A stretch of 25,594 bases of DNA from Oligoflexus sp. Its GTDB lineage: Bacteria > Bdellovibrionota_B > Oligoflexia > Oligoflexales > Oligoflexaceae. Made by a program: the position numbers and the translations under genes. Below, one piece after another: positions 15,897 through 25,085 of the stretch; within the stretch, counting starts at the first letter, position 1, and each line of letters opens with the position of its first letter. The stretch covers positions 1 to 25,594 of the forward strand of contig JBGSTX010000206.1 in NCBI GenBank assembly GCA_041736305.1, read 5' to 3'. A model generated the notes under the pieces. The model saw only the letters and a list, made by a program, of their open reading frames with translations, searched no databases and was not told the DNA's origin.

Positions 15897-17675
15897 ATGT
15901 TTTCAAAAACTTCCTACTCCGACCCTAAAGCTTTAGGTCGAGCCATAGCCTTAGCCCGCGGCCTGCTTCCGGCCGATACCGTTCTAAGAAATGTTTTTGT
16001 GCTCGATGTCTTTGCCGGAGCTTTCGTCAAAACAGATATAGCCTGGGCGGATGGCCGCATTGTTGGCCTGGGTCCCGGATACAGCGCGGCTGAGACCATC
16101 GACGCTGAAGGTCTTTATGCCGTTCCTGGCTTTATTGATGCGCACGTTCATATCGAGAGTAGCCTGATGACGCCGGCACGCTTTCAAGAGGCGGTCCTCC
16201 CCTGTGGAACGACGAGCGTCATCTGGGATCCTCACGAAATCGCCAACGTTTGGGGGAACGAAGGCATTCGCTGGGCTCTTGAAAAGAGCGAAGGTCTCGC
16301 GCTGGACGTGTTTGTGATGGTGCCGAGCTGCGTTCCGAGCACCAATCAAAACCTTGGACTCGAGAGCAGTGGAGCCAATCTCCTCGCGGCGGACATCGCG
16401 CCTTTCCGCGAGCATCCCCGCGTGCTCGGTCTAGCCGAGATGATGAATTTTCCGGGCCTTCTGCAGCAGGATCCTGAGGTCATGCAGAAGCTTATCGATT
16501 TTCAGGAAATGAAGCGGGACGGCCATTGCCCTGGTCTCAGCGGCAAGGAACTCAACGCCTACGCTGTAGCAGGCATCCACAGCTGCCACGAATCGACCAG
16601 CCTGAGTGAAGCCCGCGAAAAAATGCTCAAAGGCATCCACGTTCTCATTCGCGAAGGCTCCTGCGCAAAGGATGCCAATGCTTTGATTCCTTTGATAAAT
16701 CCCTTCAGTTCAGCGGCAATGGCTCTTTGCAGCGACGACCGCAATCCTCTCGATATTATCGAGGAAGGGCACATCAGCGCCATCATCGAGATGGCTCTCA
16801 AACAAGGCAAAAGCCCTGAAGAAGTTTTTCGCACGGCCAGCTATGGCCCGGCGCAAATCTATGGGCTGGGTGATCGAGGTGCTTTGGCTCCCGGCTACCA
16901 GGCTGACCTTTGTCTTGTTAAGCCGCGAGACAAGTCTTGGCAGAAGGGTTTCCAAATTCTGAGCGTCTTCAAGAAAGGACGGCGTGTCGATCTCGAGACT
17001 CTGAAAAAAGTTAAGACCGATTCCCGCGAGGCGCTGCCTAAGAACATGCATCTGCCGAAGCCGATACTGGCAAACTTTGATATAGCCGCGACAAGCAAGA
17101 ACACGAGTAAAGTGAAAGTCAGGCTGATTGAAATTATCCCCCAGCAGATACTCACCCATAAGCGAGAGGCCGAGCTTCCTGTCCTGGACGGTAAAGTGCA
17201 GGCCGATCTCTCGCAAGATATTCTGAAGATAGCGGTTTTTGAACGACACCGAGCGCTCGGCTATCATGCGACGGCTTTCGTGCAGGGCTTTGGTCTTAAA
17301 TCAGGTGCGATCGCGACGAGCATCAATCATGATGCCCACAATATTATCGTCGTGGGATCGTCGGAATCGCTGATGCTTGCTGCTATTAACGAGCTGATCC
17401 GCATCGACGGTGGAATAGTCGTGGTCTCAGCCCAGGGCAAAACTGAAGCTTTGACTTTGCCTATCGCGGGTCTCATGACCGACGCTAGTCCTGAGGAGGT
17501 CGCGAAGCGCCTACGTCAGCTCAAGGCCTTGGCCAGCGAGATCGGCTGCGTTCTTTCAGAGCCATTCTTGCAGCTCTCTTTTCTAGCTCTTCCGGTGATC
17601 CCTTCGCTTAAAATAACCGACCGGGGTCTAGTCGACGTTGAAGCTTTTACCAAAGTCCCCGTCCTCACAAGTTGA
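15897..17675 (+). CDS. ade: Adenine deaminase
   Basis: PGFIDAHVHIESS, DPHEIANV, PSCVP, LAEMMN, DGHCP, CHE, IREGS, CSDD, HDAHN, LSFLALPVIP.LKITDRGL. Confidence 0.95.
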   Translation: MFSKTSYSDPKALGRAIALARGLLPADTVLRNVFVLDVFAGAFVKTDIAWADGRIVGLGPGYSAAETIDAEGLYAVPGFIDAHVHIESSLMTPARFQEAVLPCGTTSVIWDPHEIANVWGNEGIRWALEKSEGLALDVFVMVPSCVPSTNQNLGLESSGANLLAADIAPFREHPRVLGLAEMMNFPGLLQQDPEVMQKLIDFQEMKRDGHCPGLSGKELNAYAVAGIHSCHESTSLSEAREKMLKGIHVLIREGSCAKDANALIPLINPFSSAAMALCSDDRNPLDIIEEGHISAIIEMALKQGKSPEEVFRTASYGPAQIYGLGDRGALAPGYQADLCLVKPRDKSWQKGFQILSVFKKGRRVDLETLKKVKTDSREALPKNMHLPKPILANFDIAATSKNTSKVKVRLIEIIPQQILTHKREAELPVLDGKVQADLSQDILKIAVFERHRALGYHATAFVQGFGLKSGAIATSINHDAHNIIVVGSSESLMLAAINELIRIDGGIVVVSAQGKTEALTLPIAGLMTDASPEEVAKRLRQLKALASEIGCVLSEPFLQLSFLALPVIPSLKITDRGLVDVEAFTKVPVLTS

Positions 17676-17752
17676 TAATAGGATCCAGGAAGCCTTTACT
17701 TCGACAAAACTTTTGGCCTATAAGAAGCTGAAGAAGCTAGGGGGCCTTGCCT

Positions 17753-18061
17753 ATGGACACTGTCAGTATCACCTTGACTCATAAAGGTTCCAGCCATACC
17801 TTTCAGCTGCGCAAGGGACTCGGCCTGCAGGCTCTCAGTCGGCAGACCGATCTGATAGAATTTGATTGCCGTGAGGCAGACTGCGGAATCTGTATTTGCC
17901 GCGTAAAATCAGGTGAAGAACAGCTTTCGGCTAAAACTGCCGCGGAAACAGACTTCTTGCGGGCGATGCGCGCCGAAGCTGATGAGCGGCTCGCCTGTCA
18001 GTGTCGCGTTTTTGGGGACATTGCTCTGGAAATTGAAGACTACGGGCCTGAGAAGAATTAG
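17753..18061 (+). CDS. 2Fe-2S ferredoxin
   Basis: C-x4-C-x2-C (CREADCGIC) plus a distal RLACQC. Confidence 0.9.
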   Translation: MDTVSITLTHKGSSHTFQLRKGLGLQALSRQTDLIEFDCREADCGICICRVKSGEEQLSAKTAAETDFLRAMRAEADERLACQCRVFGDIALEIEDYGPEKN

Positions 18062-18507
18062 AGAATCCAGTCGACGATGAAGTCTTCGAGTTCCATATTT
18101 TCTCGCTCGGATATGACTTTGCCTCGCACGGCAACGCCAGCTTTGAAGACGCTGGAAGCGTGACCGCTCAGCAGAGGGTGCCACGCAGGTAGATCACGCC
18201 CTTCGCTGACGAGTCGGTAAGCACACGTGCTGGGCAACCAGCGAAAGCTAGCGACTTTCTTCGGTGTGAGAATCTGGCAATCGGCAACATGTTTTCTGCG
18301 GTTTTCGTAGTCGCTACAGCGGCAGCTCTTGATATCAAGAAGTTTGCAGGCGACGTTGGTCGTCAGAATCTCGCCCGTGTCGGCATCTTCAATTTTGTGG
18401 AGGCAGCACTTACCGCAGCCATCGCAGAGGGATTCCCATTCGCGCCGACTCATCTGCTTCAGGGTCTTCAGCTTCCAAAAGGGTTCTTCGATTCTCGTAT
18501 CAGCCAT
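18058..18507 (-). CDS. ycgN: YcgN (UPF0260) cysteine-cluster protein
   Basis: FWKLKTL..MS..EWESLCDGCGKCCLHK, NVACKLLD, CSDY, WLPSTCAYR, WHPLLSG. Confidence 0.92.
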   Translation of the reverse strand: MADTRIEEPFWKLKTLKQMSRREWESLCDGCGKCCLHKIEDADTGEILTTNVACKLLDIKSCRCSDYENRRKHVADCQILTPKKVASFRWLPSTCAYRLVSEGRDLPAWHPLLSGHASSVFKAGVAVRGKVISERENMELEDFIVDWIL

Positions 18508-18536
18508 GGCTTCTCCTCTAAGCCTAATTGAATTGA

Positions 18537-18552
18537 TGGCATAGCACTTGCT
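18537..18552 (+). promoter_or_regulatory. Putative sigma54 (-24/-12) promoter upstream of arfB
   Basis: TGGCATAGCACTTGCT matches TGGCAC-N5-TTGC(A/T) with exact GG-N10-GC spacing. Confidence 0.6.
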
Positions 18553-18607
18553 TAGTCAAAGCGCAAACCATCTCCCAGAGGATGGTATCGGATATGAAAG
18601 GTCATGA

Positions 18608-19027
18608 ATGCTCATCGTCAACGCTAAGATCCAGATACCATGGGCGGAATTTCGGATCAGCTACGCTCGCAGTTCGGGTCCTGGTGGCCAGAATGTCAAT
18701 AAGGTCAACAGTAAAGCTGTCCTCGACTGGACTGTGAGCAGCAGTCCCTCGATCAGCGAGCCTGTGCGTCAGCGCTTTCTTGAGCGCTTCGCTTCACGTC
18801 TCAGTAACGATGGTCGCATCGTCATCGCCAGCGATGAGAATCGAGCTCAAGAGGCCAATCTCAAGGCTTGCTACGAGAAACTGCGTCTCATGCTGCTTGA
18901 AGTCGCGGAACCTCCCAAATTTCGCTTTGCGACCAAACCGACCCGCGCTTCCAAAGAGCGTCGACTCGGTGAAAAGCGCCTCCGCGCTACCACCAAACGT
19001 CAGCGTCAAAGTTTTGACGGCGATTAA
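18608..19027 (+). CDS. arfB: Alternative ribosome rescue factor ArfB (peptidyl-tRNA hydrolase)
   Basis: YARSSGPGGQNVNKVNSKA, R.Q..N, and the basic tail TKPTRASKERRL..KR. Confidence 0.95.
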   Translation: MLIVNAKIQIPWAEFRISYARSSGPGGQNVNKVNSKAVLDWTVSSSPSISEPVRQRFLERFASRLSNDGRIVIASDENRAQEANLKACYEKLRLMLLEVAEPPKFRFATKPTRASKERRLGEKRLRATTKRQRQSFDGD

Positions 19028-19034
19028 TTGCATT

Positions 19035-19063
19035 TTGCAGACTTTATTCGGAAGTCTTACAAT
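19035..19063 (+). promoter_or_regulatory. Putative sigma70 promoter TTGCAG-N17-TACAAT with an overlapping inverted repeat
   Basis: Correct spacing, 32 nt upstream of the protease ATG. AGACTT-N7-AAGTCT spans the spacer. Confidence 0.5.
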
Positions 19064-19095
19064 AGACCTACTATTCAAACCTAGGGGGTCTATTC

Positions 19096-21612
19096 ATGTA
19101 TCCACTGCGCACGTGCCGGCGGAAGCTGGTACTGCTTTCTGCGTGGTTTTGCAGCATCAGTTCGTCCCTCTACGCGTTCCCGCTTGAAACTCAGTATCAT
19201 GCCGACACCTCGAAGCGCCCCAAGCAGATATTCTATCCGCGTAGCGAATCCCAGCCGCGAGCCCGCAACCTTCTGACAATTGCCAAAAACTATATTCGTT
19301 CACAAGCTCAAACCTTCGGCCTACGTTCCGGCGAACCTTTGCCCCAGCTCATTGAGACTCGCGAGAGTCTCGTTGGAACGCACTTCCGCTTTCAGCAGCG
19401 GGTGGGTCAGATTCCGATCGATCGTGCCGAGATCATAGTTAGCGTCTTACCCAGCGGCCGGATTTTTCAAGTCTATAATATGCTCACCGATCTCCCGGTA
19501 CCTCCCCTCTCGCTCCGCTCGGCTCCTCGCCTCAGTCTGGACGAAGCATACGATCAGGCCTGGCAGTGGTTAGGCGTCCGTGGGCAGCTTTTTCAGGATC
19601 CACAAGGGGCTCTCCGCTATAGCGTGGAAGCTGGTTCTCTCCGTCCTATTTATCGCCTGCAACTGAGCACAACCCTCCCCTATGGCCTATGGACCATCGA
19701 CGTGGACGCAGTAACAGGCAGCGTTCTCAGAGCTGACGATGCGCGACTCGAGCACAAGACCAGCCTAAGCCTGCCTCTCTCGCTGTCTCTGCCTTCGACT
19801 GGCCTTAGCAACGATCGCAAAGCTGCGTTCGCCGATTGGGAAAGGCAGAAGCAGAGCAAGAGGTCGTTTTTCTCCTTGAGATCCCTCAGCTCGGGCAGCG
19901 CGCAAGTCTTCAATCCCGATCCCCGAACCACCCTCAATACCAAAGCCCTCGATGACAATTCACCAGCCTCTGCTTTTCTACCGGCTTATAAAGAAGAAGT
20001 CCTGCCCGAGGTTAGCTTCGATGGGCAGAGCTATTATCTCCAAGGCCCTTGGGCCCAAATCATCGACTTCGATCCCCCCACTAAGCCGCCGACGCCGAGC
20101 AGCGACGGGAGCTGGAAGTATCAACGGGGTGCGAGCGCATTCAACGAAGCGATGAGCTACTTCCATATCGATCAGAATCAGCGCTACTTGCAAAAATTAG
20201 GCTACAAAGATGCGCGAGGCATTCAAAATCGACCGATAGAGATCGACGCCGACGGAGTTAACGGCGAAGATTCCTCTTATTACGATCGAACGAGCCGTCG
20301 CCTCTCCTTCGGGCACGGTTGCGTCGACGACAACGAGGATGCCGATGTGATTCTCCACGAGTATGCCCATGCTATCCACATGGATATCAATCCTAGCTGG
20401 GAAGGTGGGGACATGGGCGCTATCGGCGAGGGTTTCGGCGATTACTGGGCTGCCTCGTACAGCCTCAGCACGCCTGAGGGAGCCAATTTTTTTCCCGAAG
20501 AAGTTTTCAACTGGGATGGTCGTGGCTCCTGCAATAGCAGCTGGGTCGGGAGACGGCTCGATGCAATTCCTGCACGCTACGACGTATCGCGGGATTATGA
20601 GGCTCACACCTATGTAGAAGGCGGATTCCAGTCAGACGAACTCTGGTCGACTCCCCTCTTCCAATCTTTGCTCAGCCTCAAAGCACTGGGCATTCCGCGC
20701 GAAGAGGTGGACACTATCATCCTCGAAGCACAGTTCGGCCTCGGTTCAGGGCTCAAAATGCGCGAGCTCGCGCAGTCGATCGTCGCCGTCAGTGAAGCTC
20801 TCTATCCTGAGGGGCCGCATGCAGGAGTCTTCACAAGAAACTTCGTTCGCCAGGGGATCCTCGATCTGCCGAGACCGGAGCTAGAAATCACTTTGATTTC
20901 TAGCCTAGATAGCGGCGGAGATGGTTCCATCGATCCCGGTGAAGAACGCACGGTGCGGGTGCGCGTGCTGAATAAAGGCGATCGATCGGCTACCGACGTG
21001 AAGCTAGCCTTGAACAGCTCTGATCCAGCTCTGCTGCCTCTCCTGGGCTTAGCGGAAATAGAGAACCTAGGCCCGGGCCAAAGCGAAGATGTAGAATTGA
21101 TTTATAAAGTAGCCCCAGAGGCTATCTGTGGGACTGAGTTGAAGGCCTCGATAGACCTCAGCTACGAAGATTTCCCAGCTCTTAAACTCAGTGTCGATAG
21201 TCGACTCGGGTCCCCTTCGATCTTTCGCAAGGAAGCGCAGCCTTTCGCCGACATCCCCGACGGCTCCCCGCTCGGTCTCACCAGCGTGATAAAGGTCGAG
21301 ACCAGAGCTCAGGTTAGCCCCGAGCTGCGCATCGAACTCCTGATCCGTCACAGCTACCGAGGTGATTTGAAGGTTACCCTGAAAAGTCCAAGCGGCAAGG
21401 AGATCATTCTTCACCATAACAGTGGCTACAGCCTCGATGATATTGAAGGCGTCTATCCCTTAAGTCTCGAGCCGAAAGATTCTCTAGGAAATCTGCTCGG
21501 CGAACCCATGTTTGGTGATTGGACTCTATGGGTTCAGGACAACAGTGAAAGCGATACCGGTAAGCTTATGAGTTGGGCTATCAGCGACACCAACTCATAT
21601 TCCTGTCAGTAA
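19096..21612 (+). CDS. Secreted zinc metallopeptidase (M36/M4-like) with FTP/PepSY propeptide, Ig/CARDB-like domain and C-terminal proprotein-convertase P-domain
   Basis: Signal peptide, HFRFQQ...IPI propeptide, VDAVTG, VILHEYAH plus AIGEGFGDY, DGSIDPGE..V.N.G, IPD...HSYRGDL.VTL.SPSG...GDWTLWVQD...DTGKLMSW. Confidence 0.9.
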   Translation: MYPLRTCRRKLVLLSAWFCSISSSLYAFPLETQYHADTSKRPKQIFYPRSESQPRARNLLTIAKNYIRSQAQTFGLRSGEPLPQLIETRESLVGTHFRFQQRVGQIPIDRAEIIVSVLPSGRIFQVYNMLTDLPVPPLSLRSAPRLSLDEAYDQAWQWLGVRGQLFQDPQGALRYSVEAGSLRPIYRLQLSTTLPYGLWTIDVDAVTGSVLRADDARLEHKTSLSLPLSLSLPSTGLSNDRKAAFADWERQKQSKRSFFSLRSLSSGSAQVFNPDPRTTLNTKALDDNSPASAFLPAYKEEVLPEVSFDGQSYYLQGPWAQIIDFDPPTKPPTPSSDGSWKYQRGASAFNEAMSYFHIDQNQRYLQKLGYKDARGIQNRPIEIDADGVNGEDSSYYDRTSRRLSFGHGCVDDNEDADVILHEYAHAIHMDINPSWEGGDMGAIGEGFGDYWAASYSLSTPEGANFFPEEVFNWDGRGSCNSSWVGRRLDAIPARYDVSRDYEAHTYVEGGFQSDELWSTPLFQSLLSLKALGIPREEVDTIILEAQFGLGSGLKMRELAQSIVAVSEALYPEGPHAGVFTRNFVRQGILDLPRPELEITLISSLDSGGDGSIDPGEERTVRVRVLNKGDRSATDVKLALNSSDPALLPLLGLAEIENLGPGQSEDVELIYKVAPEAICGTELKASIDLSYEDFPALKLSVDSRLGSPSIFRKEAQPFADIPDGSPLGLTSVIKVETRAQVSPELRIELLIRHSYRGDLKVTLKSPSGKEIILHHNSGYSLDDIEGVYPLSLEPKDSLGNLLGEPMFGDWTLWVQDNSESDTGKLMSWAISDTNSYSCQ

Positions 21613-22484
21613 GACTTGGACTTGAGGGGCTTGCGCGCTATTTTCCAGCTTCGATCTCGCTCAATCGCTTCGATGCGCAAGCGGCCCATGATGGGCTGGC
21701 TTAGAAATGGTTCTGGGCCTGGCCCCATAGCCTGAAGAATTTCAGCGCTGAGTGGCTTGCAGTGTTTATTCTCACAGTAGATATAACCTCCTCGCACTTG
21801 CGCCTTAATTGGGCCTTTTAGATCTGCCTGAGGGTAAAGTCTTGTGAACACATCGACCATCGACTGGTCTTGCCATGTACGCTGATTGCCCTCCCACTTG
21901 CCGACCAAGAGGATAGCATCGCTTGGGCTGCACTTTTGCTTTAAGTGCGCGTACATATCTTCAAATTCCTGGGTATTCTCCGGGCTTTCTTTGGTCCAGA
22001 ACCCGTGACCCACAAAGACAGTCTTGCCGCTCGCTTTTTCAACGACGCGTTGGACGTTGGAGCGGGGCGCGATAAAAACGTCGAGGTCACGGCCAGTTTC
22101 AGCTTCAAAGCGATCGCTGCGAAAGAGCAGAACGCTGGGTATTTGTGGCAATTCTTCTGCACTCCAGGTGAGTTCTTCATAGTGATAGGCTGGCAATCGT
22201 TTAAGAACTTCCCCTAGTACCTCCCGTTGCAGGCCCTGCAATACGATAAGATCAGGCAGATTCGGTCGGATAAAATCAGCTAAGCGATCGAGGCTGGCTC
22301 TATCAAAGCTCGCATGAGTGTCGCGGAGCCTCGCATCAAACTGCATGAGACTGAGTTCGATCTGCACTTTCTCTTGGAGTAGCGCTAGGGGAAGAGTAAA
22401 TTCTTGAGGGCTGAGCAATCTGCACGCTGGCGATGTGCCGAGAGCGAGGAGAAGTCCGAACTTAAGCCAGAATTTCGAACTCAT
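21606..22484 (-). CDS. Lipoprotein with a degenerate endonuclease/exonuclease/phosphatase (EEP) fold
   Basis: SPAC lipobox. PDLIVLQG, VLLFRSDRF, ILLVGKW, VDVF, GYIY follow the EEP motif order but the catalytic residues are substituted. Confidence 0.6.
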   Translation of the reverse strand: MSSKFWLKFGLLLALGTSPACRLLSPQEFTLPLALLQEKVQIELSLMQFDARLRDTHASFDRASLDRLADFIRPNLPDLIVLQGLQREVLGEVLKRLPAYHYEELTWSAEELPQIPSVLLFRSDRFEAETGRDLDVFIAPRSNVQRVVEKASGKTVFVGHGFWTKESPENTQEFEDMYAHLKQKCSPSDAILLVGKWEGNQRTWQDQSMVDVFTRLYPQADLKGPIKAQVRGGYIYCENKHCKPLSAEILQAMGPGPEPFLSQPIMGRLRIEAIERDRSWKIARKPLKSKSY

Positions 22485-22561
22485 CAATAACCCCAGTCGG
22501 AAGAAGTATCTGAGCTCTTAGTATTCCGAGCTTTGGGGTTTTTGTCTACTCGCTTGCAGGC

Positions 22562-23743
22562 TTAAGGGAACTTGAGCGTTCGGCGAACAATTTCTTCCAT
22601 ATCAGCCGTAGTCTTCTGCCGCTCCCAGACTTCCTTGGCGAAGGCTCGCCAGGTCTCTCGATTTTGGCTCAGGAGTTGGTCGAGACTTGCTATGAAATTT
22701 GCTCTCTCAGCGAGAATGAAATCGTGGCCCTCTTGCAGACGGGTACCTCTGACTCCGAAACCAGTAGAAAGTATAGGCAGCTGAGCGGCTAGATATTCGA
22801 AAAGCTTGACGTTGGAGCCGGAACCGCGAACTACTGGGTTCAGGGCAGCATCAGCCGCTGAAAAGTAAGGAAAGGTTGACTCGACGCGCCCGGTGGCGAG
22901 GAGATTTCCCTCTTTCATGGCAACGGGCATCATCGATCCGAGGACCAGGAAGTGGATCTTGCGGCTCGCGAGGTAGCTAGCTTCGCTCTTGCAGAAAGCT
23001 CGCAATACGGTCAGGGCCTCGAGATTGGGTTCGAAACGGCTCCCGCTGAACACGATCAGCCAGTCCTTCTCTTGCAGACCTAACTCGGCCCGCACCCGCG
23101 CCCGGGCTTCTGGATCTCGCCGGTAGGGCCGGGGGTCTATTCCATTGGGAATGAGAAGAACGGGAGCTGTACCGGATTGTTCTAGAAAATAGGCTTCATC
23201 CTCGGGAGCACAGGCGAGAATTTGTTGATAACGGGAGCGCGCCTCACTTTCGACCTTCTGCATCCAAGCAGCCCAGCGACGCTCCTTCTCGCTGCCCTGA
23301 GCCAGGAGACGATGCTCAAGATTATGGCTGAGGAGGCAACGGGGGGTATCAGACCAGGGCCCTGGTATAGGCGGGCAGTAGGGTAAGTCGTAGATGATGA
23401 GATCTGCTCTCTGCAAGGCTTGCTTGAGACGTTGTGGCACGAGCCCCTTTTCGAGGAGAAGATGCTGCCAGATCCGAGGATAACCGAGACGGCGGCCTAT
23501 GGCCTGGATAAGACCGAGGGTCCAGCCGCAGTGAATTTCTTCGACAAGGCGTGTTTCGATCTGCTGCTCGAAGTAGCCTTGCTTCTTGCCGTAATCGTCC
23601 TGCCGGCCAGCGAGGCTATAGATCCTTACGTTGTGGCCGATTCTGGCTAGCGCCTGAGCAAAGCTGCCAGACCGTAGGTGTCCACCGGCCTGAGTTGGAA
23701 AAATCTTCCAGCCGCTGATGATAAGAATATTTAATGGCTTCAT
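22562..23743 (-). CDS. Glycosyltransferase family 4 (GT-B)
   Basis: FPTQAGG..R, SHNLE, IPNGID, GRVE, AADAALNP...GSGSNVKLFEYLAA.LPILST. Likely start MKPLNI at 23743. Confidence 0.9.
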   Translation of the reverse strand: MKPLNILIISGWKIFPTQAGGHLRSGSFAQALARIGHNVRIYSLAGRQDDYGKKQGYFEQQIETRLVEEIHCGWTLGLIQAIGRRLGYPRIWQHLLLEKGLVPQRLKQALQRADLIIYDLPYCPPIPGPWSDTPRCLLSHNLEHRLLAQGSEKERRWAAWMQKVESEARSRYQQILACAPEDEAYFLEQSGTAPVLLIPNGIDPRPYRRDPEARARVRAELGLQEKDWLIVFSGSRFEPNLEALTVLRAFCKSEASYLASRKIHFLVLGSMMPVAMKEGNLLATGRVESTFPYFSAADAALNPVVRGSGSNVKLFEYLAAQLPILSTGFGVRGTRLQEGHDFILAERANFIASLDQLLSQNRETWRAFAKEVWERQKTTADMEEIVRRTLKFP

Positions 23744-23897
23744 GTTCAACTCTTTGCTCGAGGACCCAATCCCTTTGAGCAAAGCGCTTGCCACTTTCGA
23801 AGACTTTTTATCTCAATATTTTCATATAGTTAAAATGATTCACCCAGCTTGCGCGCCTGTTTCCTAGACAGGCGTCAGGCTTTGGCAGGGACTGGCT

Positions 23898-24563
23898 TCA
23901 GAGCACGCCTTGCGAATCTATCCCCAGAGCTTCGCTCCGGATCCGCATGCGATCGCCCTTTTTGATCGGACCGACACCCGCCGGAGTCCCAGTGAACACG
24001 AGATCGCCCGGGTGTAAGGGATGGAGCTGCACCAGATACTGCAGGATAGGGCCAAAGCCGAAGAGCATATCTTCACTACTCCCCCTCTGCCTTTCCTCGC
24101 CATTGAGCTCCAGACTGAATGCGATGCTCCGACTCAGGGCTGCCGTACTACTGGCTTTAAAAGGATGCACCAGCGCGGAGCCGGCAAAACTCTTGGCTAG
24201 CGTCCAGGGCAGACCTTTTTTCTTCAGCTGATCTTGAATTTCCCGCCGCGTGAGATCGATGCCAAGGCCGATGGCGCTGATAGTACCGGTAGTAGCCTCA
24301 GCCGTGGCCCCTAAAGCCACGTAACGGCCCATCACCAGGACCAACTCGATTTCGTGATGAAAAGTCTCGCCAGGATAGGCCAGGGGCCCTTCGGCAAAAG
24401 GTCGCAAAGCGGCAGGGGCTTTTAAAAAGATGACTGGCTCGCTCGGTATTTCGTTCTTCAGCTCTTTCGCATGCTCCGCATAGTTGCGGCCGACACAGTA
24501 AACATTGCCGCTCAAAGAAGGCAGGCCTGGACCGCAGAGTTGGGCACTCAGTTCCTTTAACAT
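23898..24563 (-). CDS. Fumarylacetoacetate hydrolase family protein (YcgM/FAHD1-like)
   Basis: VYCVGRNYAEHAKEL, FLKAP, HHEIEL, DLTRR..Q, PWTLAKSF, PGDLVFTGTPAGVGP. Confidence 0.95.
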   Translation of the reverse strand: MLKELSAQLCGPGLPSLSGNVYCVGRNYAEHAKELKNEIPSEPVIFLKAPAALRPFAEGPLAYPGETFHHEIELVLVMGRYVALGATAEATTGTISAIGLGIDLTRREIQDQLKKKGLPWTLAKSFAGSALVHPFKASSTAALSRSIAFSLELNGEERQRGSSEDMLFGFGPILQYLVQLHPLHPGDLVFTGTPAGVGPIKKGDRMRIRSEALGIDSQGVL

Positions 24564-25085
24564 CTAGACCTCTCTTTCTGGTGATACGTTCATTCTTCGC
24601 CCGGCGTAAGTGATATCGTTAATTTCAATGTCGATGGGCCCCATAGGTCGATGAACCGTGATGACATCACCGACTTTCCTACCCCAGAGTGAACGAGCGA
24701 GAGGAGACTTCCAGGAAATCGTTCCCTGCTCGGCTTCTGCCTCTCCCACCCCGACTATAGTCCACTCCTTGACTTTGCCCGTCTCGTCTTCGATCTTGAC
24801 CGTGGCACCGAAAGAGACTCTATCGCTGCGGATGTTGCGCGGATCGATGATCTGCACATCTTTGAGCAAACCAGTCAGATAGCGAAGGCGTTTATCGATC
24901 TCGCGCATCCGTTTGCGACTGTAGATGTACTCGGCGTTTTCAGAGCGATCGCCCTCAGCAGCAGCTCGCGCCATGTTATCGACAATACGCGGCCGCTCTT
25001 CTTCGAGCAATTGCCGATGCTCTTCGGCTATCTTCTGATAGCCTTCTCGGGTCATTGGATTTTTAAAGTCGTCGGCCAAACTCAT
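24564..25085 (-). CDS. greB: Transcription elongation factor GreB
   Basis: NPMTREGY, AAAEGDRSENAEYIYSRKRMREIDKRLRYL, FGATV, IVGVGE, ISWKSPLARSL. Confidence 0.9.
   Translation of the reverse strand: MSLADDFKNPMTREGYQKIAEEHRQLLEEERPRIVDNMARAAAEGDRSENAEYIYSRKRMREIDKRLRYLTGLLKDVQIIDPRNIRSDRVSFGATVKIEDETGKVKEWTIVGVGEAEAEQGTISWKSPLARSLWGRKVGDVITVHRPMGPIDIEINDITYAGRRMNVSPEREV

Noticed and set aside
18058-18061. Overlapping stop codons of convergent genes (also 21606-21612)
   Set aside because: Short convergent overlaps are common in compact bacterial genomes.
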